DNA of 64,000 nucleotides from Candidatus Beckwithbacteria bacterium (GCA_043803225.1 JAZDKF010000026.1:2250-66249); one strand, 5' to 3'. Shown: positions 27,705 to 36,982, counted from the first letter of the stretch. A program made the numbers and translations. Notes: generated by a model from the sequence alone, not told the origin.

Positions 27705-28823
27705 ATGCTAACTATCGATGAAGTTTTAACTAGGGGAGTTGAGCAAGTATTGCCTAGCCGTGAAGGTTTAAAAAAACTGATGCAAATTAAAAAAATTCGG
27801 CTTTACCTGGGGATTGATCCCACGGCAACAAAATTACACCTGGGCCATACGGTTATGCTCCGCAAACTCCAGCAGTTTGCTGATTTAGGCCATGAAGCCA
27901 TTCTCTTATTCGGTACCGGAACAGTTTTAGTTGGAGATCCGTCTCAAAGAGACAAGGGCAGAAAATTAATTACTCAACCAGAAATTGACGACAATATAAA
28001 AACCTGGAAACAACAAGTTGAACCGATTATTGATTTTAAGAAAGTTAAAATTAAATATAACGGCGATTGGCTTTTGAAACTGGGACTAAAAGAAATAATT
28101 CAAATTGCTTCCAAAGTTTCTGCCATTCAGTTATTTAAACGAGATATGTTTCAAAAACGCTTAAAGCTCGGAGATACTGTCTGGTTTCATGAAACCCTAT
28201 ATCCGCTTTTGCAAGGTTATGACTCAGTTGCTATGAATGTTGATCTGGAACTGGGCGGAACTGATCAAACTTTCAATATGTTAATCGGCCGGGAACTGCA
28301 AGCCAAAATAAATCACCATGAAAAATTCGTTTTAACCGGCAAAATGATTATGGGAACAGACGGCCAGCAAATGAGTAAAACTTCCAACAACTGTATCTGG
28401 CTTACTGATACTGCAAAGGATATGTTTGGAAAACTAATGTCTATTCGTGACGAACTTATACCGAATTATTGGGAATTTTTTACTGATAAATCAATGCCAA
28501 TAGGGAATCCGTTAACAGTTAAAAAACAACTGGCTCTGGAAATTACCAGCCAGTACCATGGTGATTCGGGCGCCCTTGCCGCTCAAATTAACTTTGAAAC
28601 CACTTTTCAAAAAAAAGCACCGGAATTTAAGCAAACTGTCAAGCAGGGGAGTAATCTAGTTGAAACCATCGCCAAGATCGCCGGCAGCAACTCTGAAGCT
28701 AAAAGATTAATTCGTGATGGAGCAGTAGACATCAACAACATAACTGTAAAAGATATTAACGCTGGAACGGCGGTAGGAGATAAAATAAAAATCGGGAAAA
28801 AAGTTTTCAGAACGATTATATGA
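27705..28823 (+). CDS. tyrS: tyrosine--tRNA ligase (with C-terminal S4-like domain)
   Basis: Class I HIGH motif (GIDPTATKLHLGH), KMSKS-like QQMSKTS, and a C-terminal S4 domain. Confidence 0.8.
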   Translation: MLTIDEVLTRGVEQVLPSREGLKKLMQIKKIRLYLGIDPTATKLHLGHTVMLRKLQQFADLGHEAILLFGTGTVLVGDPSQRDKGRKLITQPEIDDNIKTWKQQVEPIIDFKKVKIKYNGDWLLKLGLKEIIQIASKVSAIQLFKRDMFQKRLKLGDTVWFHETLYPLLQGYDSVAMNVDLELGGTDQTFNMLIGRELQAKINHHEKFVLTGKMIMGTDGQQMSKTSNNCIWLTDTAKDMFGKLMSIRDELIPNYWEFFTDKSMPIGNPLTVKKQLALEITSQYHGDSGALAAQINFETTFQKKAPEFKQTVKQGSNLVETIAKIAGSNSEAKRLIRDGAVDINNITVKDINAGTAVGDKIKIGKKVFRTII

Positions 28824-28924
28824 GACTATCAAAAAAACAACGACGCTTATTTACTATCCTGGTCGCCATCGCCAGTTTAAGTCTGTTAATCGGTTCATTA
28901 CTGCCGCTGTTTTATGCTTTCTAA
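28820..28924 (+). CDS. possible small hydrophobic protein (34 aa)
   Basis: The ATG overlaps the tyrS stop as ATATGA. Sequence is MRLSKKQRRLFTILVAIASLSLLIGSLLPLFYAF*, a basic N-terminus followed by a single TM helix. It overlaps the annotated recG start and is too short for the ORF track. Confidence 0.25.
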   Translation: MRLSKKQRRLFTILVAIASLSLLIGSLLPLFYAF

Positions 28925-30860
28925 CATTCCGTTTGTCGGTCCGGCATACGCCTTGCGCCTTAATAAATTAAACATTTCCACTCCTCAAGATTTACTTAAT
29001 CACTACCCGGCCCGCTACCAAGATTTAACCCACTCAGCTATCGGTACTATTGTTTCCAGCCGCAATCTCTATACCCGCTCCGGCAAAACCCTGCAAAAAA
29101 TCATTATTCAAACCAAAACTTCCAATCAAGAACTGACTTTTTTTAATCAACCTTTTTTAATTAAAACCTTAACTCCCGGCACAAAAATTAGTTTTGTCGG
29201 TAATGATTATGAAATCATCAAAGGCCAAGAACTTATCCACACCAATCGTTTGGTGCCTGTCTACCCGGAAACCGCTGGCGTTTCCTCCAAATGGCTTCGT
29301 TCTCGCATCTATTATCTTTTAAATAATCAACCTTTACCTAATGATTGGCTGCCTCAATCTATTAAAACTAAGTACCAACTTATTAATTTAGATAAAGCCT
29401 TGCACCAAATCCACTTTCCCCAAAACCAAACCCAAATCGATCAGGCAACCAAGCGCCTGAGTTTCAATGAACTCTTTTTACTTCAACTCGAAGCTCGGGA
29501 AAGAAAAAAAGCCTGGCAAAAAAAATCTTTAAGCCATCAGCTTTCAGTTAACCAGGAAAAAGTTCTTAAGTTGATTGCTTCTCTGCCGTTTACTTTAACT
29601 GCCGGCCAAAACCGCTGCTTGAAAGAAATCTTGACTGATTTAAAAAAGCCTGTTCCTATGAATCGTTTGCTTCAGGGAGAAGTCGGCTCCGGTAAAACTG
29701 TTATTGCCGCCATCGCCGGCTACGTATCTTATCTTAACGGCCTGGATACGATCTTGATGGCCCCGACCGAGATATTAGCCAATCAGCACTTTCAGACTTT
29801 AAAGACTATTCTTAAACCAGTAGGCCTTAAAATAGAACTAATTACCGCTTCCCAAAAACCTAAAAAAAACCTCTCCGCTAATCTTTACGTTGGCACCCAC
29901 GCCCTTTTACATCGGCCTTTAAATTTATCTAAAGTTGGTCTAGTGGTAATTGATGAACAGCATCGATTTGGCGTGGCTCAACGGGCTCAACTAGTCGCCC
30001 AGTCCAAACTTATTCCTCATCTGCTAACCATGACCGCGACCCCGATTCCCCGAACCATTGCCCTGACTCTGTATTCTGATTTAGATCTGTCTGTTCTTGA
30101 TGAAATGCCTGAAGGCCGGCAAACCATTACTACTTGGGTTGTGCCGCAAACAAAACGCTTATCTGCCTATCATTGGATTGAATCGGAAATACTCGCTCAT
30201 AATTCTCAGGCATTTATCGTTTGTCCTTTAATTGAACCTTCAGAAAAAGAAGCTTTGCAGGATATAAAGGCCGTAACTCAAGAATTCAATCAATTAAACT
30301 CAATCTTTAATAAATTAAAATTGGGTTTAATTCATGGTAGGTTAAAAAATAAAGCTAAAAATGATCTCTTGGCTAAATTCCAGGCCAACAAGCTTAATAT
30401 TTTAGTCGCCACGCCGGTGATCGAAGTCGGCATTGATATTCCTAATGCTTCAATTATGGTCATTGAAAATGCTGATCGCTTTGGCCTCGCCCAACTCCAT
30501 CAGCTTCGAGGTCGAATTGGTAGAAATAATCAAAAATCATACTGTTTAATCTTTACTCAAAATTCAAACCCTAAAGTCTTGTCTAGATTAAAACAACTTG
30601 AAATTCTTAATCAAGGCCAAAAATTGGCTGAGTTGGATTTAAAGCTTCGCGGACCCGGTGATCTTTACGGTTTAAAACAACATGGATTCCTTCAATTAAA
30701 ACTCGCCAGTTTGACAGATCAAGCTTTAATCAGTCAAGTTAACCAGGCAGTCAGTAGCTTGAAAATATTACCAAAACAGCTTACAATTCACTTATATGCC
30801 TCCTCAACCAAAACGGAAAATATCATCCAGACGCCAAGGCAAACGCCGCGCCGCGATTAA
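28914..30860 (+). CDS. recG: ATP-dependent DNA helicase RecG (short form)
   Basis: SF2 helicase motifs GEVGSGKT and VIDEQHRFGV (DEQH), with an N-terminal wedge-like domain. Confidence 0.85.
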   Translation: MLSNIPFVGPAYALRLNKLNISTPQDLLNHYPARYQDLTHSAIGTIVSSRNLYTRSGKTLQKIIIQTKTSNQELTFFNQPFLIKTLTPGTKISFVGNDYEIIKGQELIHTNRLVPVYPETAGVSSKWLRSRIYYLLNNQPLPNDWLPQSIKTKYQLINLDKALHQIHFPQNQTQIDQATKRLSFNELFLLQLEARERKKAWQKKSLSHQLSVNQEKVLKLIASLPFTLTAGQNRCLKEILTDLKKPVPMNRLLQGEVGSGKTVIAAIAGYVSYLNGLDTILMAPTEILANQHFQTLKTILKPVGLKIELITASQKPKKNLSANLYVGTHALLHRPLNLSKVGLVVIDEQHRFGVAQRAQLVAQSKLIPHLLTMTATPIPRTIALTLYSDLDLSVLDEMPEGRQTITTWVVPQTKRLSAYHWIESEILAHNSQAFIVCPLIEPSEKEALQDIKAVTQEFNQLNSIFNKLKLGLIHGRLKNKAKNDLLAKFQANKLNILVATPVIEVGIDIPNASIMVIENADRFGLAQLHQLRGRIGRNNQKSYCLIFTQNSNPKVLSRLKQLEILNQGQKLAELDLKLRGPGDLYGLKQHGFLQLKLASLTDQALISQVNQAVSSLKILPKQLTIHLYASSTKTENIIQTPRQTPRRD

Positions 30861-30948
30861 ACTGGCAAAACCTAACGTTCTTAAATGTCCTCACTGCCAT
30901 CAAGATAAGTTGTCTCATCAACTTTGCTCAAACTGCAAACAGTATTAA
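30796..30948 (+). CDS. rpmF: 50S ribosomal protein L32 (not in the ORF track, 50 aa)
   Basis: Hand translation gives MPPQPKRKISSRRQGKRRAAIKLAKPNVLKCPHCHQDKLSHQLCSNCKQY*. It has the basic N-terminus and the C-x2-C...C-x2-C zinc ribbon typical of L32, as in B. subtilis ...[21 protein letters not shown]. It overlaps the recG 3' end by 65 nt in another frame. Confidence 0.75.
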   Translation: MPPQPKRKISSRRQGKRRAAIKLAKPNVLKCPHCHQDKLSHQLCSNCKQY

Positions 30949-31271
30949 TGAAGTCTAAATTTGACCCGCGCCACCTTAAACGTATTAATTGCTTTAAGCA
31001 ACTCTTTGCCAAAAGTTTTAAAAATAGAAAGTTTGACCCGGAAACTGATAAACTAATTTCTCAAAATGCTCCTGATTGGCCGGTTAATAAATTAAATAAA
31101 GTTGATCTGGCTATCCTTCGTCTGGCTATTAATGAAATGAAAAATCAACCCCAAACTCCGCCTAAAGTAATTATCGACGAAGCTATTGAGCTGGGTAAAA
31201 CCTTTGGCAGTGCCAAAACCGCCCCTTTTATTAATGGTGTTTTAGGCGCTATTATTAAAAAACAGCCATGA
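30948..31271 (+). CDS. nusB: transcription antitermination factor NusB
   Basis: C-terminal region DLAILRLAINEM...VIIDEAIELGKTFGSAKTAPFINGVLGAI is the NusB signature. The start was moved to the ATG at 30948, which overlaps the rpmF stop as TAATG. The ORF-track start at 30924 lies inside rpmF. Confidence 0.75.
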   Translation: MKSKFDPRHLKRINCFKQLFAKSFKNRKFDPETDKLISQNAPDWPVNKLNKVDLAILRLAINEMKNQPQTPPKVIIDEAIELGKTFGSAKTAPFINGVLGAIIKKQP

Positions 31272-31930
31272 AAACACTTCCCTTAACTTTTAAAAATCCT
31301 GATCTTCTGAGTATGGCTTTAACTCATCGATCCGCTTTAAATGAGAAAAAGGGAAGTAGGCAGTCCAACGAACGGCTTGAATTTTTAGGTGACGCTGTCT
31401 TAGAACTAATCGTTTCTCACTATCTCTTCCAACGCTTTCCGAAAGAACCAGAAGGTCAACTTACCCAAAAACGTTCCCTTATTGTTCAAACCAAAACTTT
31501 GGCTACGGCTGCCAAACGTTTACATCTTGGCGAAAATTTAATCATGTCACGGGGCGAAAAAAAAGCCGGCGGCGCGGCTAATATCAGCTTACTCGCTAAT
31601 ACTTTTGAAGCTCTGCTTGGGGCTATTTACTTGGATCGAGGGTTAAAAAAAACTATTGATTTTCTCTATCAAAACTTGCTTAATCAACTTAACGACCTAG
31701 TTATTCAAGCCGAAGTTCATGACTTTAAAAGCGAACTTCAGGAAACTTGGCAAAAACAATTTAAATTGGCACCGAAATATCAGCTAGTCAAGACTTTTGG
31801 TCCGGACCACGCCAAAACTTTTGTGGTTAAAGTACTTTTAAAAAACCAGGTTAAAGGCGAGGGAAAAGGTCAATCAAAACAAGCCGCTCAGCAAGCAGCC
31901 GCTAAAATCGCTCTTGAGAAAATTAACTAA
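31268..31930 (+). CDS. rnc: ribonuclease III
   Basis: RNase III signature ERLEFLGDAVLEL plus a C-terminal dsRBD. Confidence 0.9.
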   Translation: MKTLPLTFKNPDLLSMALTHRSALNEKKGSRQSNERLEFLGDAVLELIVSHYLFQRFPKEPEGQLTQKRSLIVQTKTLATAAKRLHLGENLIMSRGEKKAGGAANISLLANTFEALLGAIYLDRGLKKTIDFLYQNLLNQLNDLVIQAEVHDFKSELQETWQKQFKLAPKYQLVKTFGPDHAKTFVVKVLLKNQVKGEGKGQSKQAAQQAAAKIALEKIN

Positions 31931-31948
31931 TTCTGCTACTATTCTCCT

Positions 31949-32185
31949 ATGCTGAAAATCAAATTAACCAGAACTGGCAAAAAAGGTTATCCGACTTATA
32001 AAATTGTGGTCAACGAGGCTCGTGACAAACGAGATGGCAAGTATCTTGATCTAATCGGAACCTACAACCCCAACACCCAGCCTCACACGCTTCAATTTGA
32101 TCAGAAAAAACTTTTATTTTGGATTTCCCAAGGCGCCAAACCAACCTTAACTGTCAGCCGCTTAACCAAAATCAAGCATGCTTAA
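31949..32185 (+). CDS. rpsP: 30S ribosomal protein S16
   Basis: Begins MLKIKLTRTGKKGYPTYKIVV. Confidence 0.88.
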   Translation: MLKIKLTRTGKKGYPTYKIVVNEARDKRDGKYLDLIGTYNPNTQPHTLQFDQKKLLFWISQGAKPTLTVSRLTKIKHA

Positions 32186-32471
32186 CCTCACCAAGTATCT
32201 CGTCACTAATCTCGTTGATAATCCTGAAGCAGTCGTCGTTGCAGAAAACGTCGATGAATCCGGCACTCATTTAATTTCTATCACTGTTGATCCAACTGAT
32301 ATGGGAAAAATTATCGGCAAAGGCGGTAAAATCATCAACGCCATAAGAGAACTGATTAAAGTCAAAGCCATAAAACAAGGTCTTAGAGTTCGGGTGATGC
32401 TGACCGATCAACACCAAACAAATCCGCCTTTCCCGTCTGAGCCGACGGCAACACTGATTGAAACTGAGTAA
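32178..32471 (+). CDS. KH-domain RNA-binding protein (YlqC/UPF0109-like)
   Basis: Has the GKIIGKGGKIINAIRELI GxxG KH motif and the conserved position after rpsP. Confidence 0.75.
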   Translation: MLNLTKYLVTNLVDNPEAVVVAENVDESGTHLISITVDPTDMGKIIGKGGKIINAIRELIKVKAIKQGLRVRVMLTDQHQTNPPFPSEPTATLIETE

Positions 32472-33120
32472 AATTAAACAGTTTATTCAGCACCATCTCT
32501 TCACCTTTAGATAACAATTTTACCGGCTGGCTAATACTGCCTAATGTTGTCGGCGCCGCTTGATAGTAAGCTGACACATCAATCGACGCTAGCACTAAAG
32601 TTGCCTGATCTTCAAACAAAGGATTAGTTTTAATCGCTAAACCTACGTTATCAATTCTCATTATTGGAGCTGTACTCTCTAATTCCTTTAAAAACTCTAT
32701 AATCTTATTAAAATTGCCGCCCACTTCAAATCCAAAACTAATATCTAGCAATTTACTGCTGGACTTGAGTTTGTCTTTGCTGATTTTTTCTTCTTCAACC
32801 GTTAACTCACCTGGCCTGAGTGCTACCCCTCCAAAAGTTAAACCATGCTTTCGGGCTAAATTAGATAAACTCGATAAAATTTGAACTACTGGTTTTTGCG
32901 ACGGAAAGACTACTTCCATCTTAGTCGCTCTTTCTTTAATTAATTGTTTATCGATACCTTGTAATACCTGAACTTTTGTCTCCAAACTAGCCAAATCTGC
33001 TTTTAGTTTTCGATTTACCGCTAAACGCTGATTTAATCGGCTTAATACCGGACCAAAAACAATAAAACTTAAAATAACCGCTACCGCTATGGCTACTGAT
33101 AACTTATAGTTTTTATTCAT
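32383..33120 (-). CDS. pilO: type IV pilus assembly protein PilO-like
   Basis: N-terminal TM segment plus coiled coil. It is the third gene of a pilM-pilN-pilO run. Confidence 0.6.
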   Translation of the reverse strand: MNKNYKLSVAIAVAVILSFIVFGPVLSRLNQRLAVNRKLKADLASLETKVQVLQGIDKQLIKERATKMEVVFPSQKPVVQILSSLSNLARKHGLTFGGVALRPGELTVEEEKISKDKLKSSSKLLDISFGFEVGGNFNKIIEFLKELESTAPIMRIDNVGLAIKTNPLFEDQATLVLASIDVSAYYQAAPTTLGSISQPVKLLSKGEEMVLNKLFNFTQFQSVLPSAQTGKADLFGVDRSASPEL

Positions 33121-33668
33121 TCGGCTGCTCCAAATCCTAAAGTTAGAAATATACTGAAATTTATTTCAGCCTTGTTATTAAAACTAATCCTTTGTACCCC
33201 TGCTTCTATAATTCTGGCTTGGCCGGCTGTCGGTTCCTTAATTCGCCTGATCAATTCATATAATTTTGGCCAACTGGGCACATTTCCTGATAAAGAAATA
33301 GTTCCATTTTCATTTACTTTAAACCCTTTTAAACTAGTTCCGTCTGGTATCAAACTGAAAATAGCTTCGGCTATCCGCTGATGTTTTTCCTGTTGCTTTA
33401 ATAAATCTTCAAAAGCTGTTATCTTGCTGACTAAAAAAACCTGTTTGCTCTCAACATCTTCTAATTGAGTTATTTGATTTTTTGCTTGAGAAGTCTTTTG
33501 CTCTAGACTTTTGTTAAGCATATTAATTCCAATTCCATAAGCTGATAATCCGGCTATTAAAAGTGCCAGAACAATCCAACCAATTACCACCAACTTCCAC
33601 GCCAATCTCTTTAACTTTTGTTTATCTCTAACTTTTTTTATTTTTTCACTGAGTAAATTTAAATCCAT
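33117..33668 (-). CDS. pilN: type IV pilus assembly protein PilN-like
   Basis: 183 aa. Short cytoplasmic N-terminus, a TM segment (LVVIGWIVLALLIAGL) and a periplasmic coiled coil. Follows pilM. Confidence 0.65.
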   Translation of the reverse strand: MDLNLLSEKIKKVRDKQKLKRLAWKLVVIGWIVLALLIAGLSAYGIGINMLNKSLEQKTSQAKNQITQLEDVESKQVFLVSKITAFEDLLKQQEKHQRIAEAIFSLIPDGTSLKGFKVNENGTISLSGNVPSWPKLYELIRRIKEPTAGQARIIEAGVQRISFNNKAEINFSIFLTLGFGAAE

Positions 33669-33669
33669 T

Positions 33670-34662
33670 TTATATCAACCCTTTTAAAGCCAGTCCGGTT
33701 ACTGTCGCCAGTTGAGGGTTGCTCACCGCCGCAATCTTTTGTTTAAAATCATTATTTTTAATAAACCGGGTAAACGGATCACCCACCACTACTTCTACGT
33801 TTAATTTAGAGGTTAAATAAGCTCCAAGTCCTGGCAACAATCCGCCGCCGCCAGTTAAAATTAGCTCTTCAATTGGCTTGTTAAAATTTTGCTGTTGTAA
33901 AAACATAACCGCTTTATTAATCTGATCAACAATCTCGTCTATCACCGGAGACAGAACTTTGGCTACCTTACCTTCCATTAATTCCTTATTTACCCCATAG
34001 GTCTTTTTATATTCTTCAGCCTGATCAACTGGTAAGTTTAATTCGTTCATTAAACTTTTAGTCAAGGCTCCGCCGCCGACATTAATAGCATAAGTAAACA
34101 ACGATAACCCTTTATTCAGAATCATTAAATCAGTCGTTTGATAACCGAAACTAACAATTGCCTGAGTTTTGCTTTCATCGCCAAATACTCGTTTCAAGCT
34201 GAACAGTTCGGTTTCCAAACTTTTAGGGATTAACTCTGCCTGATCAATTAAATGCATTAAACTGTCAATTTTGGTCCTAGGGACCGCAATTAAAAGTACT
34301 TTCATTAACTTTTCGTTTTCTCCTTCTCTAAATCCTAATACCTGATGATGAAGCTCAACTTCATTTAAAGGGATCGGAATATACTGCTCGGCTTCAAATT
34401 GAATCGAGGAAGCTAGTTCCGTATCAGTTAACTGCGGTGTTTCAATAATTTTTGTAAAGACTTCACTTTCTGCCAAGGCTAAATTAACCTCTACCGCTCC
34501 CCTTATACCCGCTTCTTTAACTGCCTGCTGAATCGAAATTGCCAAGTTCTTTGGATCACTATTAACCACTGCCACCTTTGCCACCTTAAACTCATGATTG
34601 CTTTTCTCTGCTTGTAATACTTTTATCTGAGTTGAACCGATATCTAAACCAAAAAAAGACAT
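33670..34662 (-). CDS. pilM: type IV pilus assembly ATPase-fold protein PilM
   Basis: Actin-like fold N-terminus MSFFGLDIGSTQIKV. Length 330 aa. Confidence 0.8.
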   Translation of the reverse strand: MSFFGLDIGSTQIKVLQAEKSNHEFKVAKVAVVNSDPKNLAISIQQAVKEAGIRGAVEVNLALAESEVFTKIIETPQLTDTELASSIQFEAEQYIPIPLNEVELHHQVLGFREGENEKLMKVLLIAVPRTKIDSLMHLIDQAELIPKSLETELFSLKRVFGDESKTQAIVSFGYQTTDLMILNKGLSLFTYAINVGGGALTKSLMNELNLPVDQAEEYKKTYGVNKELMEGKVAKVLSPVIDEIVDQINKAVMFLQQQNFNKPIEELILTGGGGLLPGLGAYLTSKLNVEVVVGDPFTRFIKNNDFKQKIAAVSNPQLATVTGLALKGLI

Positions 34663-34676
34663 GGGCAGAGCCTTTC

Positions 34677-35465
34677 TTATTGCATTATATTAGTTCCGGA
34701 AAATAAAACAAAGTCAAATATTGCCGGCACCGCCGAAACTGATCGGCTAACTTGAATTGCCTTAGATTCCAAAGTCGGAGATTGAGCTGATGAATCAATT
34801 ATATAGGTTTGAACCGGCAGATTCGTCCCTGTAACTCGTATTGTTGCTTGATTATATAACGGTCTTATCCTGACCCGTTCATCATTTGGTCCTACCGCTA
34901 AGCTATACTTTTTTAAATAACCGTCTTCACCGTCACTGACACCAACCCTGGTTAAACCATTTTCAGCGTCTAAATTACAGGCATTAATCGCTGTCCGCTG
35001 GACATTTCCGTTAACATCAATCACGCTAATTAACAATGACGCTGGCGCTCCGCCGCTGACTCCATTACAGCTCTCTTCTGGATTTTCCAGTTCATTACTG
35101 CTTTCCACCCAGTTAATCGTTAATGTGTCGGCTCCGCCTAACACCACCTCAGCCACATCATTTTCTCTGACTATTGTTTCTACAAAACTTGCTTCCTCAA
35201 CCGAATAATCAACTTCGATATTGTCAACAGACATGCTACTGCTTCCGCCTATCAAAAGCAAACCGCTTAAATTCGTTAATGCTTCTTCAATGCCGGCTTC
35301 AGCCGCATTAAACGCCCGGACCGATTCTTCGCTGTGGCCGGTAATTTGCACATCAGTAATTGACTGAGAAATTATCGACAATCCAAATCCTAAAGCCACT
35401 GCCACCACTAAAAGCACTATTAGCACTGCCTGTCCTTGTTGGTAAATTTTTTTCTGCCAGTTCAT
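34677..35465 (-). CDS. PilX-like pilus assembly/minor pilin-associated protein
   Basis: The N-terminus QQGQAVLIVLLVVAVALGFGLSIIS resembles a PilX_N hydrophobic segment. Confidence 0.45.
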   Translation of the reverse strand: MNWQKKIYQQGQAVLIVLLVVAVALGFGLSIISQSITDVQITGHSEESVRAFNAAEAGIEEALTNLSGLLLIGGSSSMSVDNIEVDYSVEEASFVETIVRENDVAEVVLGGADTLTINWVESSNELENPEESCNGVSGGAPASLLISVIDVNGNVQRTAINACNLDAENGLTRVGVSDGEDGYLKKYSLAVGPNDERVRIRPLYNQATIRVTGTNLPVQTYIIDSSAQSPTLESKAIQVSRSVSAVPAIFDFVLFSGTNIMQ

Positions 35466-35485
35466 CCTGATTTAATAGTACGACA

Positions 35486-35968
35486 TCAATACTGTCTTGT
35501 CGAGACCGAAGTCGCAAAACTCTGATTCAGCTTTTCCTGAACCTGATGAGCGTCTTCATCTCCGGCAATTAAACTAAATCTGATTGTCACAATCTGATTA
35601 CCTACTTGGCCGTTATAACAATTAAAGCTTCCCGCAGTTAAATCAGCCACCGGCCCGGTTAAAAAACTGCTGTCCGAAGCGACCCGTTCACCTGACAAAT
35701 CATAAAGAATCGTGGCTCCATCAGTCCGATTCACTGTTAGCTGATCATTGTCACAAACAACACTTTCTGCCGCTCTAATCTCTTGCGCCATTGTCTTGAT
35801 CGCAAAGTCACCGTTTTGTCTGACTGCCTGAATCAATTGCGCCTTGCTCCCGCCACTAAAACTGGCCATAAACACGCTGATTAAAGTTATACTGAACAAA
35901 ACCATTATTCCCGACACCACCACCAACTCAATTAAAGTAAAACCTGAAATTTTTCTTATCTTTCCCAT
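35486..35968 (-). CDS. prepilin-type minor pilin
   Basis: Class III signal peptide MGKIRKISG|FTLIELVVV, which is the G-FTLIE prepilin cleavage/methylation motif. Confidence 0.8.
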   Translation of the reverse strand: MGKIRKISGFTLIELVVVSGIMVLFSITLISVFMASFSGGSKAQLIQAVRQNGDFAIKTMAQEIRAAESVVCDNDQLTVNRTDGATILYDLSGERVASDSSFLTGPVADLTAGSFNCYNGQVGNQIVTIRFSLIAGDEDAHQVQEKLNQSFATSVSTRQY

Positions 35969-36414
35969 AAAGACAAACTAGTTTGCTGAACAGCGTTATA
36001 TCTTTGACTGCCTTCCTGCCAGCTTACTGTAACTATGACAGTAGCGGTATTGCTGCCGGTATCAGTTATTCTCACACACCGTTTAAAAAAATCATCAATA
36101 TTATTGGTTTCAGGGCAAATGGCGCTTAAACTACTTTCCACTGTCCAACCCTTGGCTAAGTCGTATTCCGAACCGGCCTTAGCCAACAATTCTGTCCAGC
36201 TTAAATCCCGGTAAGTCCGAATCAACTCCACACCTTCCTGAGCAAAACCGACGGCTTTAGTTCTGTCTTTGGCCAGTCGGCTGTTTTTAACTGATAAAGA
36301 AATTAAAGCCAACACCGCCGTCAGCAATAAAGCCATCATTCCGACGGCGACAATTACCTCAACCAAACTTTGACCTGGATTTTTACGGGGTCGAATCGTA
36401 ACAACACTTGTCAT
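35956..36414 (-). CDS. prepilin-type minor pilin (PilV-like)
   Basis: N-terminus ...NPG|QSLVEVIVAVGMMALL is a prepilin-like hydrophobic segment. Confidence 0.6.
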   Translation of the reverse strand: MTSVVTIRPRKNPGQSLVEVIVAVGMMALLLTAVLALISLSVKNSRLAKDRTKAVGFAQEGVELIRTYRDLSWTELLAKAGSEYDLAKGWTVESSLSAICPETNNIDDFFKRCVRITDTGSNTATVIVTVSWQEGSQRYNAVQQTSLSLWER

Positions 36415-36981
36415 TTAGTACCCCCCTGGTCTACCTATGGGCGAGGGTGATGGCGAAGGCGAGGGTGAAACTAAATCCGGACTGGAAGATGGCAATGGTG
36501 AATCTAAAACCGTCTCACTTCTGATTACTCCGCTTGGTTCAATTACTACTTGATAAGAATAACTCAAACCGATTTTGCTTAAATAAATTGTCTGAGCACC
36601 GTCCACATCAGATCTTAGATTATTAAACCTTAATGATTCAGGCCAGGGAGCTGTAAAAATAACCTCGTTATCTAAAGTCCAGCTAACCGCCGTAGTCACC
36701 TTGCCTTCACAGAGCGGCGACACTGAATAGCTGTCTTCAGCTACATAACTTACTTCATAGCCTAAAAACTTATCCGCTGTCGTACATTCAGCCGGCTTTT
36801 CTCCAGCTAGAGCTCTTTGCTGGAAAAGACGCAAGTTGGTTTGAAAACTGATTCCGGCCTGTTTTACTTGCTGTTTGCCACTGATGCTTCGGTAGGCGAC
36901 TATGCCTCCTGAAAATAACACTCCGCTGATCACGGCTACAACCATTAATTCGATTAAAGAAAACCCTGGCATTTGTCTCAT
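36415..36981 (-). CDS. prepilin-type pilin with C-terminal (Pro-Ser)n tail
   Basis: Leader MRQMPG|FSLIELMVV. I chose the start at 36981, which gives a 6-aa leader and no overlap with the upstream gene; the ORF-track start at 37005 is the alternative. The C-terminus is ...SPLPSSSPDLVSPSPSPSPSPIGRPGGY. Confidence 0.75.
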   Translation of the reverse strand: MRQMPGFSLIELMVVAVISGVLFSGGIVAYRSISGKQQVKQAGISFQTNLRLFQQRALAGEKPAECTTADKFLGYEVSYVAEDSYSVSPLCEGKVTTAVSWTLDNEVIFTAPWPESLRFNNLRSDVDGAQTIYLSKIGLSYSYQVVIEPSGVIRSETVLDSPLPSSSPDLVSPSPSPSPSPIGRPGGY

Positions 36982-36982
36982 C

